Below, piece after piece: positions 37,925 to 47,862 of a stretch of 64,000 bases of DNA. Under the pieces are notes generated by a model. That model made no database searches. It was not told where the DNA came from and saw nothing but the letters and a program-made list of their open reading frames with translations. The stretch is from the NCBI GenBank assembly GCA_040754655.1, contig JBFMCE010000001.1, positions 9,997 through 73,996 of the forward strand, read 5' to 3'. Numbering within the stretch: position 1 is the stretch's first letter; each line of letters begins with the position of its first letter. The DNA is from Bdellovibrionota bacterium (lineage in GTDB: Bacteria; Bdellovibrionota; UBA1018; UBA923). A program made the translations under genes and the position numbers.

Positions 37925-39180
37925 ATTATGAAAATACCTTGGAATTCGCGCGACAGATGGATGGGCGCGATCTGCTTAAGGAGTTTCGCAATGAGTTTTG
38001 TTTTCCTCTCGATGCTCAAGGAAAACCCGTGCGTTATTTCGCGGGCAATTCTTTGGGCCTGCAACCCAAGAGAGCGCAGGAGTATGTCGTTCAAGAGCTG
38101 GCCGACTGGGCAAGACTTGGGGTTGAAGGCCATTTTCACGCAAAGAATCCTTGGCTTCCTTACCATGAGACCGTGACTGAGGGTTTGGCGCGCATCGTGG
38201 GCGCGCAACCCATCGAAGTCGTGGCGATGAATAGCCTCACGGTGAATTTGCACCTGATGATGGTGAGTTTTTATCAACCCACTCGTGAGCGCTATAAGAT
38301 TTTGATCGAAGCAGGCGCCTTCCCCTCAGATCAGTATGCAGTGGCTTCGCAAGTTCGGTTTCACGGATTTGACCCAAAGGATGCGATCGTAGAACTCAAA
38401 CCCAGGCCAGGAGAGTCTGCACTGCGGACCGAGGATATCGTTGCCCGAATTCAAGCTGAGAAAACCTCTCTCGCGCTTGTTCTCTTGGGTGGGGTGAACT
38501 ACTTGACAGGGCAAGCTTTTGAGATCGCTGAAATCACCAAGGCCGCGCATCAAGTGGGCGCTATGGCAGGATTTGACCTTGCTCACGGGGCGGGCAATCT
38601 CTTGCTCAAACTCCATGACTGGAAGGTCGATTTCGCGGTTTGGTGCAGCTATAAGTATTTAAACTCAGGGCCTGGGGCGATCGCAGGATGTTTCGTGCAC
38701 GAGAGGCATGCTCGGGCGGATTTGCCGAGGTTCGCCGGCTGGTGGGGACATGACAAGAAGACGCGATTTTTGATGGGCCCTGATTTTCAGGCCATACCGG
38801 GTGCCGAGGGTTGGCAACTGAGCAACCCGCCGATATTTCAGCTTGCGGCTCTGCGAGCTTCTCTTGAGCTTTTTGATCGCGCAACGATGCCGGAGCTCAA
38901 GAAAAAATCAGAACTTCTTACAGGATACCTTGAGTTTTTGCTCAAGCAGATCCCAGCGGTTTCGATCATCACTTCGGCTTTCGCTGGTCAGCGTGGGTGT
39001 CAGCTCTCATTCAAGTGGAGAGACGATGCCAAGGGTCTGATCCGTGATTTGACGAAACAAGGGATTGTCTGTGACTTTCGTGAACCCGATGTCATTCGCG
39101 CAGCTCCCGTTCCGCTCTATACGAGTTTCGAGGATGTGCATGCTTTGGGAGAAGGACTGATGCGGTATGCAGGCGCGTAA
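37921..39180 (+). CDS. kynU: kynureninase
   Basis: PLP-dependent class V fold with kynureninase-specific N-terminal motifs (YFAGNSLGLQP). ATGA overlap with the ACMSD gene. Confidence 0.85.
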   Translation: MNYENTLEFARQMDGRDLLKEFRNEFCFPLDAQGKPVRYFAGNSLGLQPKRAQEYVVQELADWARLGVEGHFHAKNPWLPYHETVTEGLARIVGAQPIEVVAMNSLTVNLHLMMVSFYQPTRERYKILIEAGAFPSDQYAVASQVRFHGFDPKDAIVELKPRPGESALRTEDIVARIQAEKTSLALVLLGGVNYLTGQAFEIAEITKAAHQVGAMAGFDLAHGAGNLLLKLHDWKVDFAVWCSYKYLNSGPGAIAGCFVHERHARADLPRFAGWWGHDKKTRFLMGPDFQAIPGAEGWQLSNPPIFQLAALRASLELFDRATMPELKKKSELLTGYLEFLLKQIPAVSIITSAFAGQRGCQLSFKWRDDAKGLIRDLTKQGIVCDFREPDVIRAAPVPLYTSFEDVHALGEGLMRYAGA

Positions 39181-40564
39181 GACGTCTAAAAGCATCTCGA
39201 TCGTTGGCGCAGGCCCCGTGGGATCTCTTCTGGCCGTCTTCCTTTCTCGTCGTGGGCACAAGGTGACGCTTTTTGAAAGGCGCCCTGACATGCGCAAAGA
39301 GACGATCAGCGCGGGGCGCTCGATCAACCTGGCTGTGTCAACGCGTGGTCTTCATGCGCTCTCGCAACTGGGGCTTGAAGAAGAAGTTTTAAAGCAAGCC
39401 ATTCCGATGCGAGGCAGGCTGATGCATGCGGTTCAGGGGAACCTTACTTTTCAGGCCTATGGAAAGGAGGAGTCGGAATTCATCAACTCGGTCTCTAGAG
39501 GCGCGTTGAATAAATTGCTGCTCTCGAAAGCCGAAGAGTCAAGCCATGCGAAGGTCGTCTTCAATGAGCGAGTGACGGGGGCCGATTTTGAGACCAGCAC
39601 CCTGCATCTCAAGAATGAGCGCACCGGCGAAAGGACCGAATTCACCTCGGACTTCATCATTGGCACCGATGGCAGCGCCTCAGCCGTGCGTTCTGAAATG
39701 CTAAGGCGCCCTGGGTACGTCTCGTCAGAGGAAAAGCTCAACTATGGTTACAAAGAGCTTCACATCGCACCAGCCGAACGCGGTGGGTTTCGCCTTGAGA
39801 AGAACGCGCTTCATATCTGGCCGCGCGGCACTTTCATGCTGATCGCTCTTCCAAATCATGACGGCAGCTTCACCTGCACGCTCTTTTTGCCTTTTGAAGG
39901 AATGATGGGCTTTTCAGCTTTGAACACCGCTCGCGAGATTTCTTCTTTTTTTGAAGGGAACTTTCCAGATGTCGTTCCGCTGCTTCCGGATCTTTCACGG
40001 ATGTTCTTTGAAAATCCCACGGGCCACATGGTTACTGTGAAGTGTTATCCTTGGAGCGTTGTAGGCAGGGCTCTTCTCATGGGCGACGCTGCTCACGCTA
40101 TAGTGCCGTTTTTTGGGCAGGGAATGAATTGCGGCTTCGAGGACTGCACGGTCTTGATGGATTGCCTTGATGAGTGCCGCGAGGATTTCACCGGTGCGTT
40201 TCATCTTTTCGAAAAGCGCAGAAAACCCAATAGCGATGCGATCGCCGATATGGCGGTCGAGAATTTCACCGAGATGCGCGATAAAGTGGGTGATCCGAGA
40301 TTCTTGCTTGAAAAGGCGATCGAAAAGCGGCTTCAAGAAAAATTTCCAAATCGTTATATCTCGCGTTATGCACTGGTTACGTTTCGGCGCGAACCTTATC
40401 GCTTCGCTTATGAAGCGGGGATCGCGCAGAATGAGATCTTAAACGAGCTTTGCCAGGGCATCTCAACTGCGGAACAGCTCGATCTCGAGAAGGCCGATCA
40501 ATTGATCCGCGAGAAACTTGATCCGATGTTCGGTAAAATCAGGAAGGATGTGTATGGATCTTAA
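39167..40564 (+). CDS. kmo: kynurenine 3-monooxygenase (FAD-dependent)
   Basis: IVGAGPVGSLLA FAD motif and a DG motif GTDGSASAVR. KMO-like length and sequence. Confidence 0.85.
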   Translation: MQARKTSKSISIVGAGPVGSLLAVFLSRRGHKVTLFERRPDMRKETISAGRSINLAVSTRGLHALSQLGLEEEVLKQAIPMRGRLMHAVQGNLTFQAYGKEESEFINSVSRGALNKLLLSKAEESSHAKVVFNERVTGADFETSTLHLKNERTGERTEFTSDFIIGTDGSASAVRSEMLRRPGYVSSEEKLNYGYKELHIAPAERGGFRLEKNALHIWPRGTFMLIALPNHDGSFTCTLFLPFEGMMGFSALNTAREISSFFEGNFPDVVPLLPDLSRMFFENPTGHMVTVKCYPWSVVGRALLMGDAAHAIVPFFGQGMNCGFEDCTVLMDCLDECREDFTGAFHLFEKRRKPNSDAIADMAVENFTEMRDKVGDPRFLLEKAIEKRLQEKFPNRYISRYALVTFRREPYRFAYEAGIAQNEILNELCQGISTAEQLDLEKADQLIREKLDPMFGKIRKDVYGS

Positions 40565-41291
40565 ACTCAAAGGCAAACGGGCCCTGGTATTAGGGGCTTC
40601 AATGGGTTTGGGGCGCTCTATCGCGCAAATGCTCGCAAGCGAAGGGGCTCGTGTCGCGATATGCTCGAGGAATAAGGATCAGCTTGAAAAAACCGCTCGC
40701 GAGATCAAAGCCGAGGTTGCGCTGCCATCGGATCTGACGAAACCACAGGCTGCGATAAATCTGGTCGACGACGTGAAACAAAAACTGGGTGGGATTGATA
40801 TCTTGGTCACCAATAGCGGAGGACCCCCGAAAGGAATTTTCTCCGAGATCAAAACGGAAGACTGGCTGAGTGGTTTTCAGGGGCTCTGGATCAGCGCGGT
40901 CGAAGCCATCCAAGCCGTTCTTCCGGAGATGAAAGACAGGCGATGGGGCCGTATCCTGCTGGTGACGTCAGTCGCGGCAAAAGAGCCCATGCCTAGTCTT
41001 ACGGTCTCAAACGGCTTGCGTGCGGGCTTGTTGGGACTTTCAAAAAGCTTGAGCCATGAAGTCGCGCGATATGGAGTCACGGTAAACGCTCTTCTCCCAG
41101 GTTACACGCGTACCGAACGGCTCAGGGAACTTGGCGTTTCGGAAGAAAAGATGACGGCCCATATTCCTGCGGGAAGGCTTGGCGAACCTGAAGAGCTTGC
41201 CGCGTTGGCGACGTTTCTGGCTTCAGAGCAAGCGGCCTATGTCACAGGGCAAATGATCGCCTGCGACGGCGGTTACCTGCGTGGACTGTAA
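40554..41291 (+). CDS. SDR family oxidoreductase
   Basis: GASMGLGRSIA (Gly-rich NAD(P) site) and YxxxK. Start taken at MDLKLKG with an AGGAAGG RBS. Confidence 0.75.
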   Translation: MDLKLKGKRALVLGASMGLGRSIAQMLASEGARVAICSRNKDQLEKTAREIKAEVALPSDLTKPQAAINLVDDVKQKLGGIDILVTNSGGPPKGIFSEIKTEDWLSGFQGLWISAVEAIQAVLPEMKDRRWGRILLVTSVAAKEPMPSLTVSNGLRAGLLGLSKSLSHEVARYGVTVNALLPGYTRTERLRELGVSEEKMTAHIPAGRLGEPEELAALATFLASEQAAYVTGQMIACDGGYLRGL

Positions 41292-41314
41292 ATAGGATAC
41301 GACCCACGAACCCT

Positions 41315-42550
41315 ATGCGAATAAAGACGGCCTTGATCAAACTGCTCCATCTCAAGTCTTGGAAAGACTTAGGCAGGCTTCCTCGGCCGCTCTGGTTTCT
41401 TTCGTTTGCAGCGCTGATCAACCGAATGGGCACGATGGCAGTGCCGTTTTTAGTTTTGTACCTGACCCAACAAGAAAAACTTTCAGCCGAACGGGCCGCA
41501 TTCGCTTTGGCGCTCTACGGTGCCGGAGCCATGTTGGGCAGCCTCTTTTCAGGCTGGCTTTGCGACCGATGGCATCCGCTTCGCGTGATGCAATCTTCCC
41601 TATTGATGTCGTCGATCTTTCTGCTTTCTTTCCCATCCGTGCATGGACACGCTTTGATTTACGCGGTGACCTTCGTTTGGGGGCTCGTGACGGAGTCTTA
41701 TCGCCCGGCCAGCATGGTTTTGGTTTCGGATATAGCGCCGGCGCCTCAGCGCAAACAAGCCTTTGTTCTTTACCGGCTTGCGATCAACCTCGGAATGAGC
41801 ATCGGGCCGGCGATTGGTGGGTTTTTGGCAGAAGTCTCATTTCGATCGATCTTTGTCGTGGATGGGATATTCACCTTCGGAACGTTTCTCATCATGATTT
41901 TTGGGATGCGCGAGACCGCCGCAAAGAAAACTGCAGCGACTTCATCAGAGGAAAAGTCGCGGCGAAATGGGTTTGTTACCGCTTTATCTGATTTGCGATA
42001 CATGGCTTTTTTAGCGGGAGTGACCTTTATCGGGATCGTCTTTTTTCAGCACGAGTCGTCGATGCCGCTTTTCATGGTCAACGATCTGCGCCTTCTTCCT
42101 TCGGTGTATGGAATGATGTTCACCATCAATGCGGCCATGATCGTTTTCCTCGAAGTTCCCGTCAATGCGGCGACTGAGCATTGGTCGTACAGAAAAACAC
42201 TGATCGTGGGGGCAATGCTTTTTGCGATTGGCAATGGAGCCCTTCTCTTCGTGAGTTCAGGTTTGGGCGTGGCTCTCACCGTAGCGATTTGGACGGTGGG
42301 TGAAATGATCTTTTTTCCAAGCAGCGCCGCCTATATTTCAGAGATGGCGCCCTCGCGCAATCGAGGCCAATACATGGCGTTGTTCAATTTATCATTTAGT
42401 TTCGCTTCAATGTTCGGCCGTTGGGCGGGCACGCTGGTCTTGGTTCAATTAGGCGCCAATGCGCTTTGGATCGGCGTATTTTTACTGGGATGCATTGCTT
42501 CAGCGATCTTCGCGAGAACCCAGGCCGCGCGAACCGCGTCATCAGGCTAG
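41315..42550 (+). CDS. MFS transporter
   Basis: 12 predicted TM helices and an MFS-type loop motif. Confidence 0.7.
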   Translation: MRIKTALIKLLHLKSWKDLGRLPRPLWFLSFAALINRMGTMAVPFLVLYLTQQEKLSAERAAFALALYGAGAMLGSLFSGWLCDRWHPLRVMQSSLLMSSIFLLSFPSVHGHALIYAVTFVWGLVTESYRPASMVLVSDIAPAPQRKQAFVLYRLAINLGMSIGPAIGGFLAEVSFRSIFVVDGIFTFGTFLIMIFGMRETAAKKTAATSSEEKSRRNGFVTALSDLRYMAFLAGVTFIGIVFFQHESSMPLFMVNDLRLLPSVYGMMFTINAAMIVFLEVPVNAATEHWSYRKTLIVGAMLFAIGNGALLFVSSGLGVALTVAIWTVGEMIFFPSSAAYISEMAPSRNRGQYMALFNLSFSFASMFGRWAGTLVLVQLGANALWIGVFLLGCIASAIFARTQAARTASSG

Positions 42551-42631
42551 CTTTCTTTCTTGGCGTCGGGTTTGCAGCACTCTCGCTATTTCAGAGGTTA
42601 AGATACGACTTTGAAAGCGAGGGAGGAAGCA

Positions 42632-42925
42632 ATGTTCATCACTTATGAGCTTGAACAGACGGGCGACGGTCTTAGAGAGACTGAGACGCCACCGGTGCTA
42701 GCTTACAAAGAATTTACCGTTCCCGGCGAGGTTCTCAGTTGGAAGGTGGGCGAGTTTGAAAATCCATCGGGCTCAAACTCTTACGGAGTAAAAGTAAGTT
42801 ACCTCAACGCCGAGGGGGAGCCGGAAATGCAGGTTATACCGGTTCCGGCATCGTCAAGAAACGTCGAGGTGCACCGTGATAAACTTCCGGAAAAATTTGA
42901 GCAGGCGATAAACCGGGCGGCATAG
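42632..42925 (+). CDS. hypothetical protein
   Basis: Start moved to MFITYELEQ, which follows a GAGGGAGGAAG RBS. Confidence 0.4.
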   Translation: MFITYELEQTGDGLRETETPPVLAYKEFTVPGEVLSWKVGEFENPSGSNSYGVKVSYLNAEGEPEMQVIPVPASSRNVEVHRDKLPEKFEQAINRAA

Positions 42926-43006
42926 ATACGGCTATCAAGCCGTTCCCTTGCATCGTGGTGGTCTTCGTTTTGCAGAAGCTAGCATTGCAGTGAAAGGAGA
43001 TTTTTT

Positions 43007-43192
43007 ATGTTATTTGGACGACTCTCAAATCCGAGATTCAACCGTTTCGGAAGATTAGGCGTGCTTGGAATAGGCGCTTTGTATCTTTGGCGCAATCGCA
43101 GCAAGTATTTGAACCAAACCGGCGGATCGACCGACCAAGATGTTTCGCATTCGAGCACCGAGGACATGCAGAGCGATAAGATATCAAGGTAA
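43007..43192 (+). CDS. small hypothetical protein
   Basis: Strong RBS (AAAGGAG, 7 nt spacer) ahead of the ATG. 61 aa, with a hydrophobic core segment. Confidence 0.3.
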   Translation: MLFGRLSNPRFNRFGRLGVLGIGALYLWRNRSKYLNQTGGSTDQDVSHSSTEDMQSDKISR

Positions 43193-43231
43193 GTCTCTAC
43201 GCGTTCGGGCGGAAGCGATTCAGTCCGTCTC

Positions 43232-44479
43232 TCAATGAGAAGCGTCGTATTCTTTTTTCTCAACTGAGCGCTCTACCTTCCAAAACAGGATGGGTAAGAA
43301 GGCGGATAGAACACTTGAGATGACCGCGAGGTAGGGCATTCCGACAAGGGAACCGTTAGGCTCTTCATGCAAGACTTTAGCGGCGTAGAATGCGCCGACC
43401 GCGCTGGCGATGTGTTGAACTGCTGATTGCAGCGACATGAACCTGGCTCTTTCGTTAGGACGGGGCACGCGCGATGCCAAACTTGTGATCGCTACTGACC
43501 GGATTGACATGGATACCATGAAAATCACGAAAATCAGTCCGGGAGGAAGCAACGGAGGAACCTGGGCATAGCCTAGAAGAAGGATCGTAATAAAGATCAC
43601 TGTCGAAGCTGTTCCAACAACGAAGGGCCCTATATCGTCGACATACCGGCCGGCCAGGCGCATGGCCACGAAACTCGAAGTTCCTCCGATGAGATAGAGC
43701 AGGCCCAAACGTTCGCGAGGAAATCCAAGATTGAATTGAAAATAAGCCGAAAGATTTGGAATCACTGAAAATGCCGCGAACATCCCGAGGCCCACGAGCA
43801 TGTAATTGAAAAGCACTTCAGCGCGAAGAAGCGCCCTGACGCTTTTCAAAAAGCCTTGCTTTGGCAGATCCAAATGGGCTTTCATCGGGGGAAGGATGAG
43901 ACCCGCGTACGCAGTCACCGCGAGAATCAGTGCCCCGACGGCAAAAAACGGAGTGCGCCATCCTCCGACGCGCGCGAGTTCAAGCCCTGCCGGAATCCCA
44001 AAGACAGATGCGATCGAAAATGCACCCATGACCACCCCCATGGCGCGTCCACGGCGATCGGGAGGCACGGTATCCGCGATGATCGAGAGCGCAAGCGACG
44101 TGGCAGGGCCGCCAAAAGCTCCTGCAATCCAGCGAGTCACAAGCAATGCATCACCGTGGGAGGCCAATCCTCCGACTAAGGTAGCTATGCCGAGGAAGAA
44201 CAACGAAAAGAGTAGTGCTTTCCTTCGATCAAACCGATCCAAGACGATTGCGCCTAGTAGACCAGCGATGGCCGCCGAAGCTGTATAGCTTCCTCCAATC
44301 CAGCCAAGTTTTGAGAGCGGAATTGAGAGCTCCCTGGCGAAGTCGGGCCCTAAAGGCATGACCATCATGAAATCAAGCACATTGACGAATTGCACTGCGG
44401 CGATCATCAAGACGATTTTTCGTTCGTGTTTGAGCTCAAGCTTTGGGGGAGCCGAACGGGACAAGGAGGTTTCAGTCAC
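43232..44479 (-). CDS. MFS transporter
   Basis: 12 TM helices. Conserved MFS motifs (GxxxDRxGRR-like DRFDRRKAL). Confidence 0.75.
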   Translation of the reverse strand: MTETSLSRSAPPKLELKHERKIVLMIAAVQFVNVLDFMMVMPLGPDFARELSIPLSKLGWIGGSYTASAAIAGLLGAIVLDRFDRRKALLFSLFFLGIATLVGGLASHGDALLVTRWIAGAFGGPATSLALSIIADTVPPDRRGRAMGVVMGAFSIASVFGIPAGLELARVGGWRTPFFAVGALILAVTAYAGLILPPMKAHLDLPKQGFLKSVRALLRAEVLFNYMLVGLGMFAAFSVIPNLSAYFQFNLGFPRERLGLLYLIGGTSSFVAMRLAGRYVDDIGPFVVGTASTVIFITILLLGYAQVPPLLPPGLIFVIFMVSMSIRSVAITSLASRVPRPNERARFMSLQSAVQHIASAVGAFYAAKVLHEEPNGSLVGMPYLAVISSVLSAFLPILFWKVERSVEKKEYDASH

Positions 44480-44939
44480 GAGGTGATAATATCAATTCAT
44501 AGGCTTGATCACAACGATTTGCTAGGTGTTTTGCCTCAATGGGCTTGAAACCAAACTTCTTGTACAACTCTATCGCCTCTTTGAGAGCGGAAGCGGTTTC
44601 AAGTTGAATTTTCGCGAACCCGAGGTCTCTTGCTTTTTCTATAGCTCGCGTAAGCAGCGTTTTTCCAAGTCCTTTTCCCCTATGTTTGTCTGAGAGGTAC
44701 ATCTTCCTCAATTCACAAGTCTGGTCTGAGAGGTGATTGAGGCCAAACGTTCCTATGATTTTCCCGCCGAGCTCTAAAACCTCGAAATAACCTCGGTGGG
44801 AAAAGTAGAATTCCTCTAAGTCTTCAAGATCCCTGTCGATACCTGAAGAGTCTGGCGCCAACCCGTATTCGCGGAGCACTGAGAAGACGAGTTCTTTGAT
44901 TTGCCCCAGATCGGCGTTGCATGCTCTACGAAAGACCAC
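44472..44939 (-). CDS. GNAT family N-acetyltransferase (GTG start)
   Basis: Acetyl-CoA-binding motif RGKGLGKTLL. The start is re-assigned to the GTG that lies 1 nt after the CPA2 stop, with AGGAAGAGG upstream. Confidence 0.6.
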   Translation of the reverse strand: MVFRRACNADLGQIKELVFSVLREYGLAPDSSGIDRDLEDLEEFYFSHRGYFEVLELGGKIIGTFGLNHLSDQTCELRKMYLSDKHRGKGLGKTLLTRAIEKARDLGFAKIQLETASALKEAIELYKKFGFKPIEAKHLANRCDQAYELILSPRD

Positions 44940-44940
44940 T

Positions 44941-47181
44941 TCAAGCCTCTTCCTTTTGGATGGCGGGTTTTGGACCCAAATCTTGGATAAGCTTCGACAC
45001 ACGGTCGCTTTGTCCCACGATGAGCACATAGTCTTCAATTTCAAGCACCATGTCGGTATCGGGATTCATGATTCTGCGGCCTCGCCTTTCGATGCCCACG
45101 ACCATCGCCCCGTAATTCTCCCTGATCTTCGAATCCCTGATGCTTCTGCCGAGAAGCGGCGATACGTCATCGATGAACAAACGCATGAGTTCGTATTCAT
45201 CGATATGCATTTTGTGCTCAACAATCCCCGGCGGTTTCTCGATCATCGAACGGGCGGCGTCGACTTGTTCATCGGTTCCCAAGACTAAAAGTTCATCTTT
45301 CGGGAAGATTTGCGAATCGGGTTCAGGAGAAATCAGCGTTCTTGATCCTCGGTGGATGGCGACGATGTTCAATCCGAAGCGTTTTCGCAATTCAACCTTC
45401 GCGATGGCCTTGCCTGCGATGTCTGAATCGGGATGAACTCGAAGCTGCACAAGGTGAGCGTTCCACGGTGCGAGCCTTTTCAGGGCATCTGATGGGTGTT
45501 TTGATTTTTTTTCGGAAGCATCAAAGGTCGAAAGAAATTGACGTTCAAACCAATGGTACGAAGCTTCAAGCCTTCGATAGAACTTAGCAAAAAAGATGGC
45601 CGAAAGCGCCGCTACCGAGATTCCGACGTATTTTGCCGGAAAGAACGCGAGACTGACGGCGCCAAGCCAGAGAAGAGTGAGGATCTGTATCAAAAAAGTG
45701 TAACTTCCTCCTGAGAGCGGGTTTTTCCCCTCGGCATAGGCTGTGGTCATCATGGCCCATGTAAAGGGCGCCGAAATCAAAATGGCCAGCATCCAAGCGC
45801 CTGCATGCGCTGCGATTGGATTTTTGACGAAGTCCTCGAGAACCGGGTTCGCGAACCTCGCGACCATCACCCAGATCGCCGTGACTACTACCCCGTTTAC
45901 GAACCACTTCAAAAGTTGCCGGTAAAAAGCGCTTCTATTAGCGGTTGAAATACGGCGTTGCTCGCTCCAAGCGACGTAGCGCGCTAGAAAATCCGCTGCT
46001 CGGGCAGGCAACCGTCTTTCAATGGCCAGCGCGGACTTGTGCGAAACGCGAATCAAGTAAGGAGTCGTTAGCGTCGTAAGAAGCGAAACCGCAACTCCAA
46101 CTGGATAGAGAAAGTCGCTTGTAACGCCCAGGGTTAACCCCAGGCTTGCGATGATAAACGAAAATTCACCGATCTGCGCGAGCCCAAATCCCACTTGAAC
46201 CGAGGTTTTCAGTGTTTGCCCGGTTAAGAGGGCTCCGGCAGTTGTGCTGAAGATTTTACCGACGACCGTGATTAGAGTGATGATCAAGACAGGCCATCGG
46301 TATTCCCAGATCGTCGAGGGTTCCATCAGCATCCCGACCGAGACGAAAAAGATCGCGGCAAAAACATCGCGAAGAGGTTTTATAAGTTCTTCGATGCGGT
46401 GCGATTCCGTGCTTTCCGCCAAAATTGATCCCATGATGAAAGCCCCAAGCGCAACTGAGTAATCCAGTTCAGCGGCTGCTACGACAAGAAGAAGACAAAG
46501 CCCGAGTGAAAGGGTGGTGAGCATCTCATCAGAACCCGTCTTTCCAACGGCTCTGACGATTCTCGGAACAAGGAAGTAGCCGACGATGAACCAAACGCCT
46601 ACGACCAAAAAGAGTTTCGCTGACGAAAGAGCAAGGGCTGGCACAGAAAAGCTTTGATTCATCGCAAGAGTGGAAAGGGCGACCAAGATCAAGATCGCGA
46701 CCAGATCTTCGACGATCAAGACTCCAAAGATCACCTGGGCGAACCTTTTGCTCTTAAGGCCCAGTTCATCCAAAGCTTTGATGATGATGGTCGTGGATGA
46801 GATCGAAAGCATGGCGCTCAAAAACAAGCTGTCGTAAAAAGACCAGCCAAATAGTTTGCCGCATGCGAAGCCCAGCGACATCATGAAAATCACTTCCACG
46901 ATGGCAGTGATGCTGGCAGATACGCCGACCTTTGCAAGTTTTCGGAAGCTGAACTCAAGCCCCAAGCTGAACATCAAGAAAATCACGCCCAGCTCGGCCC
47001 AAACTTTGATGTTCGGGATATCGGTGACCAGGGGAAAAGGCGGGGTATGAGGGCCTATGATGAATCCGGCGATGATGTAGCCTAAAACAACGGGTTGTCT
47101 GATGCGTTGAAACAAAAACGTAACAATGCCGGCTACTGCTAGAATGATCGCAAGATCACGAATGAGTGGCGCTAGATGCAT
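44941..47181 (-). CDS. CPA2 family monovalent cation:proton antiporter with C-terminal RCK/TrkA-C domains
   Basis: Na_H_Exchanger membrane domain (typical KefB/KefC N-terminus) followed by two TrkA-C-like regions. Confidence 0.8.
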   Translation of the reverse strand: MHLAPLIRDLAIILAVAGIVTFLFQRIRQPVVLGYIIAGFIIGPHTPPFPLVTDIPNIKVWAELGVIFLMFSLGLEFSFRKLAKVGVSASITAIVEVIFMMSLGFACGKLFGWSFYDSLFLSAMLSISSTTIIIKALDELGLKSKRFAQVIFGVLIVEDLVAILILVALSTLAMNQSFSVPALALSSAKLFLVVGVWFIVGYFLVPRIVRAVGKTGSDEMLTTLSLGLCLLLVVAAAELDYSVALGAFIMGSILAESTESHRIEELIKPLRDVFAAIFFVSVGMLMEPSTIWEYRWPVLIITLITVVGKIFSTTAGALLTGQTLKTSVQVGFGLAQIGEFSFIIASLGLTLGVTSDFLYPVGVAVSLLTTLTTPYLIRVSHKSALAIERRLPARAADFLARYVAWSEQRRISTANRSAFYRQLLKWFVNGVVVTAIWVMVARFANPVLEDFVKNPIAAHAGAWMLAILISAPFTWAMMTTAYAEGKNPLSGGSYTFLIQILTLLWLGAVSLAFFPAKYVGISVAALSAIFFAKFYRRLEASYHWFERQFLSTFDASEKKSKHPSDALKRLAPWNAHLVQLRVHPDSDIAGKAIAKVELRKRFGLNIVAIHRGSRTLISPEPDSQIFPKDELLVLGTDEQVDAARSMIEKPPGIVEHKMHIDEYELMRLFIDDVSPLLGRSIRDSKIRENYGAMVVGIERRGRRIMNPDTDMVLEIEDYVLIVGQSDRVSKLIQDLGPKPAIQKEEA

Positions 47182-47343
47182 GCTCTAGTTCTGTCGGGAA
47201 TAGACGGGTTCGTCAATGGACTCGAAGAGAGACGTAAAATAACGGTAAGAAAGTACCAAAGCGCTTGGCGCTGAGTTTGTTCAAGATGGATGCCTTCCTG
47301 TTCTCAATAAAGAACGGGTTTTATGTCTTCGACTAAAATAGCT

Positions 47344-47862
47344 TCAAGGAGATGCTTGCGGAATTGTTGCCTTCTGTACTGCCGCCATCTTCACTTCGCA
47401 GCTGAGAAGAAGCGCAAGATAGGGGGCTTTTTCTCCTGTGGCCAGCGGAATCGCCAACGACAGGCTAAGCAGGTTTCTTGTGCTATTGCCGTCGATTTTC
47501 GCTTTCCCCTGAGCCGAGAGACTTGAGTCGGTATTGTAAATTGCAGCTAAAAGATTACCCTTCTTGAACTTCGTATTGTAGTCTGCATTCACCAAGATAC
47601 TGAGGTTGAGCTTTTCCAAGACGAGCTTGGTTTCGCCGAAAGCAGTGGTGTTTTTTGCGTTAGTTGCCTCGAATTCTTTTGAGAGATCAACATGTATCGC
47701 CGAAGTGCCCTTGGCTTTCTCGATGTTATAAGTTGAGTGTTCCAGGTCGCATTCTAGTTTCGCCGGAACAAGTTCTTGCGCATTCTTTTGAGCATTTTCT
47801 TGGGCATGCGAAACAGCTGCAAACAATAAAAGTGAACAAAGAAACAGGTTCTGAAACTTCAT
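47344..47862 (-). CDS. hypothetical exported protein
   Basis: Start at MKFQNLFLCSLLLFAAVSHAQ (signal peptide), preceded by a GGAG RBS. Confidence 0.45.
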   Translation of the reverse strand: MKFQNLFLCSLLLFAAVSHAQENAQKNAQELVPAKLECDLEHSTYNIEKAKGTSAIHVDLSKEFEATNAKNTTAFGETKLVLEKLNLSILVNADYNTKFKKGNLLAAIYNTDSSLSAQGKAKIDGNSTRNLLSLSLAIPLATGEKAPYLALLLSCEVKMAAVQKATIPQASP

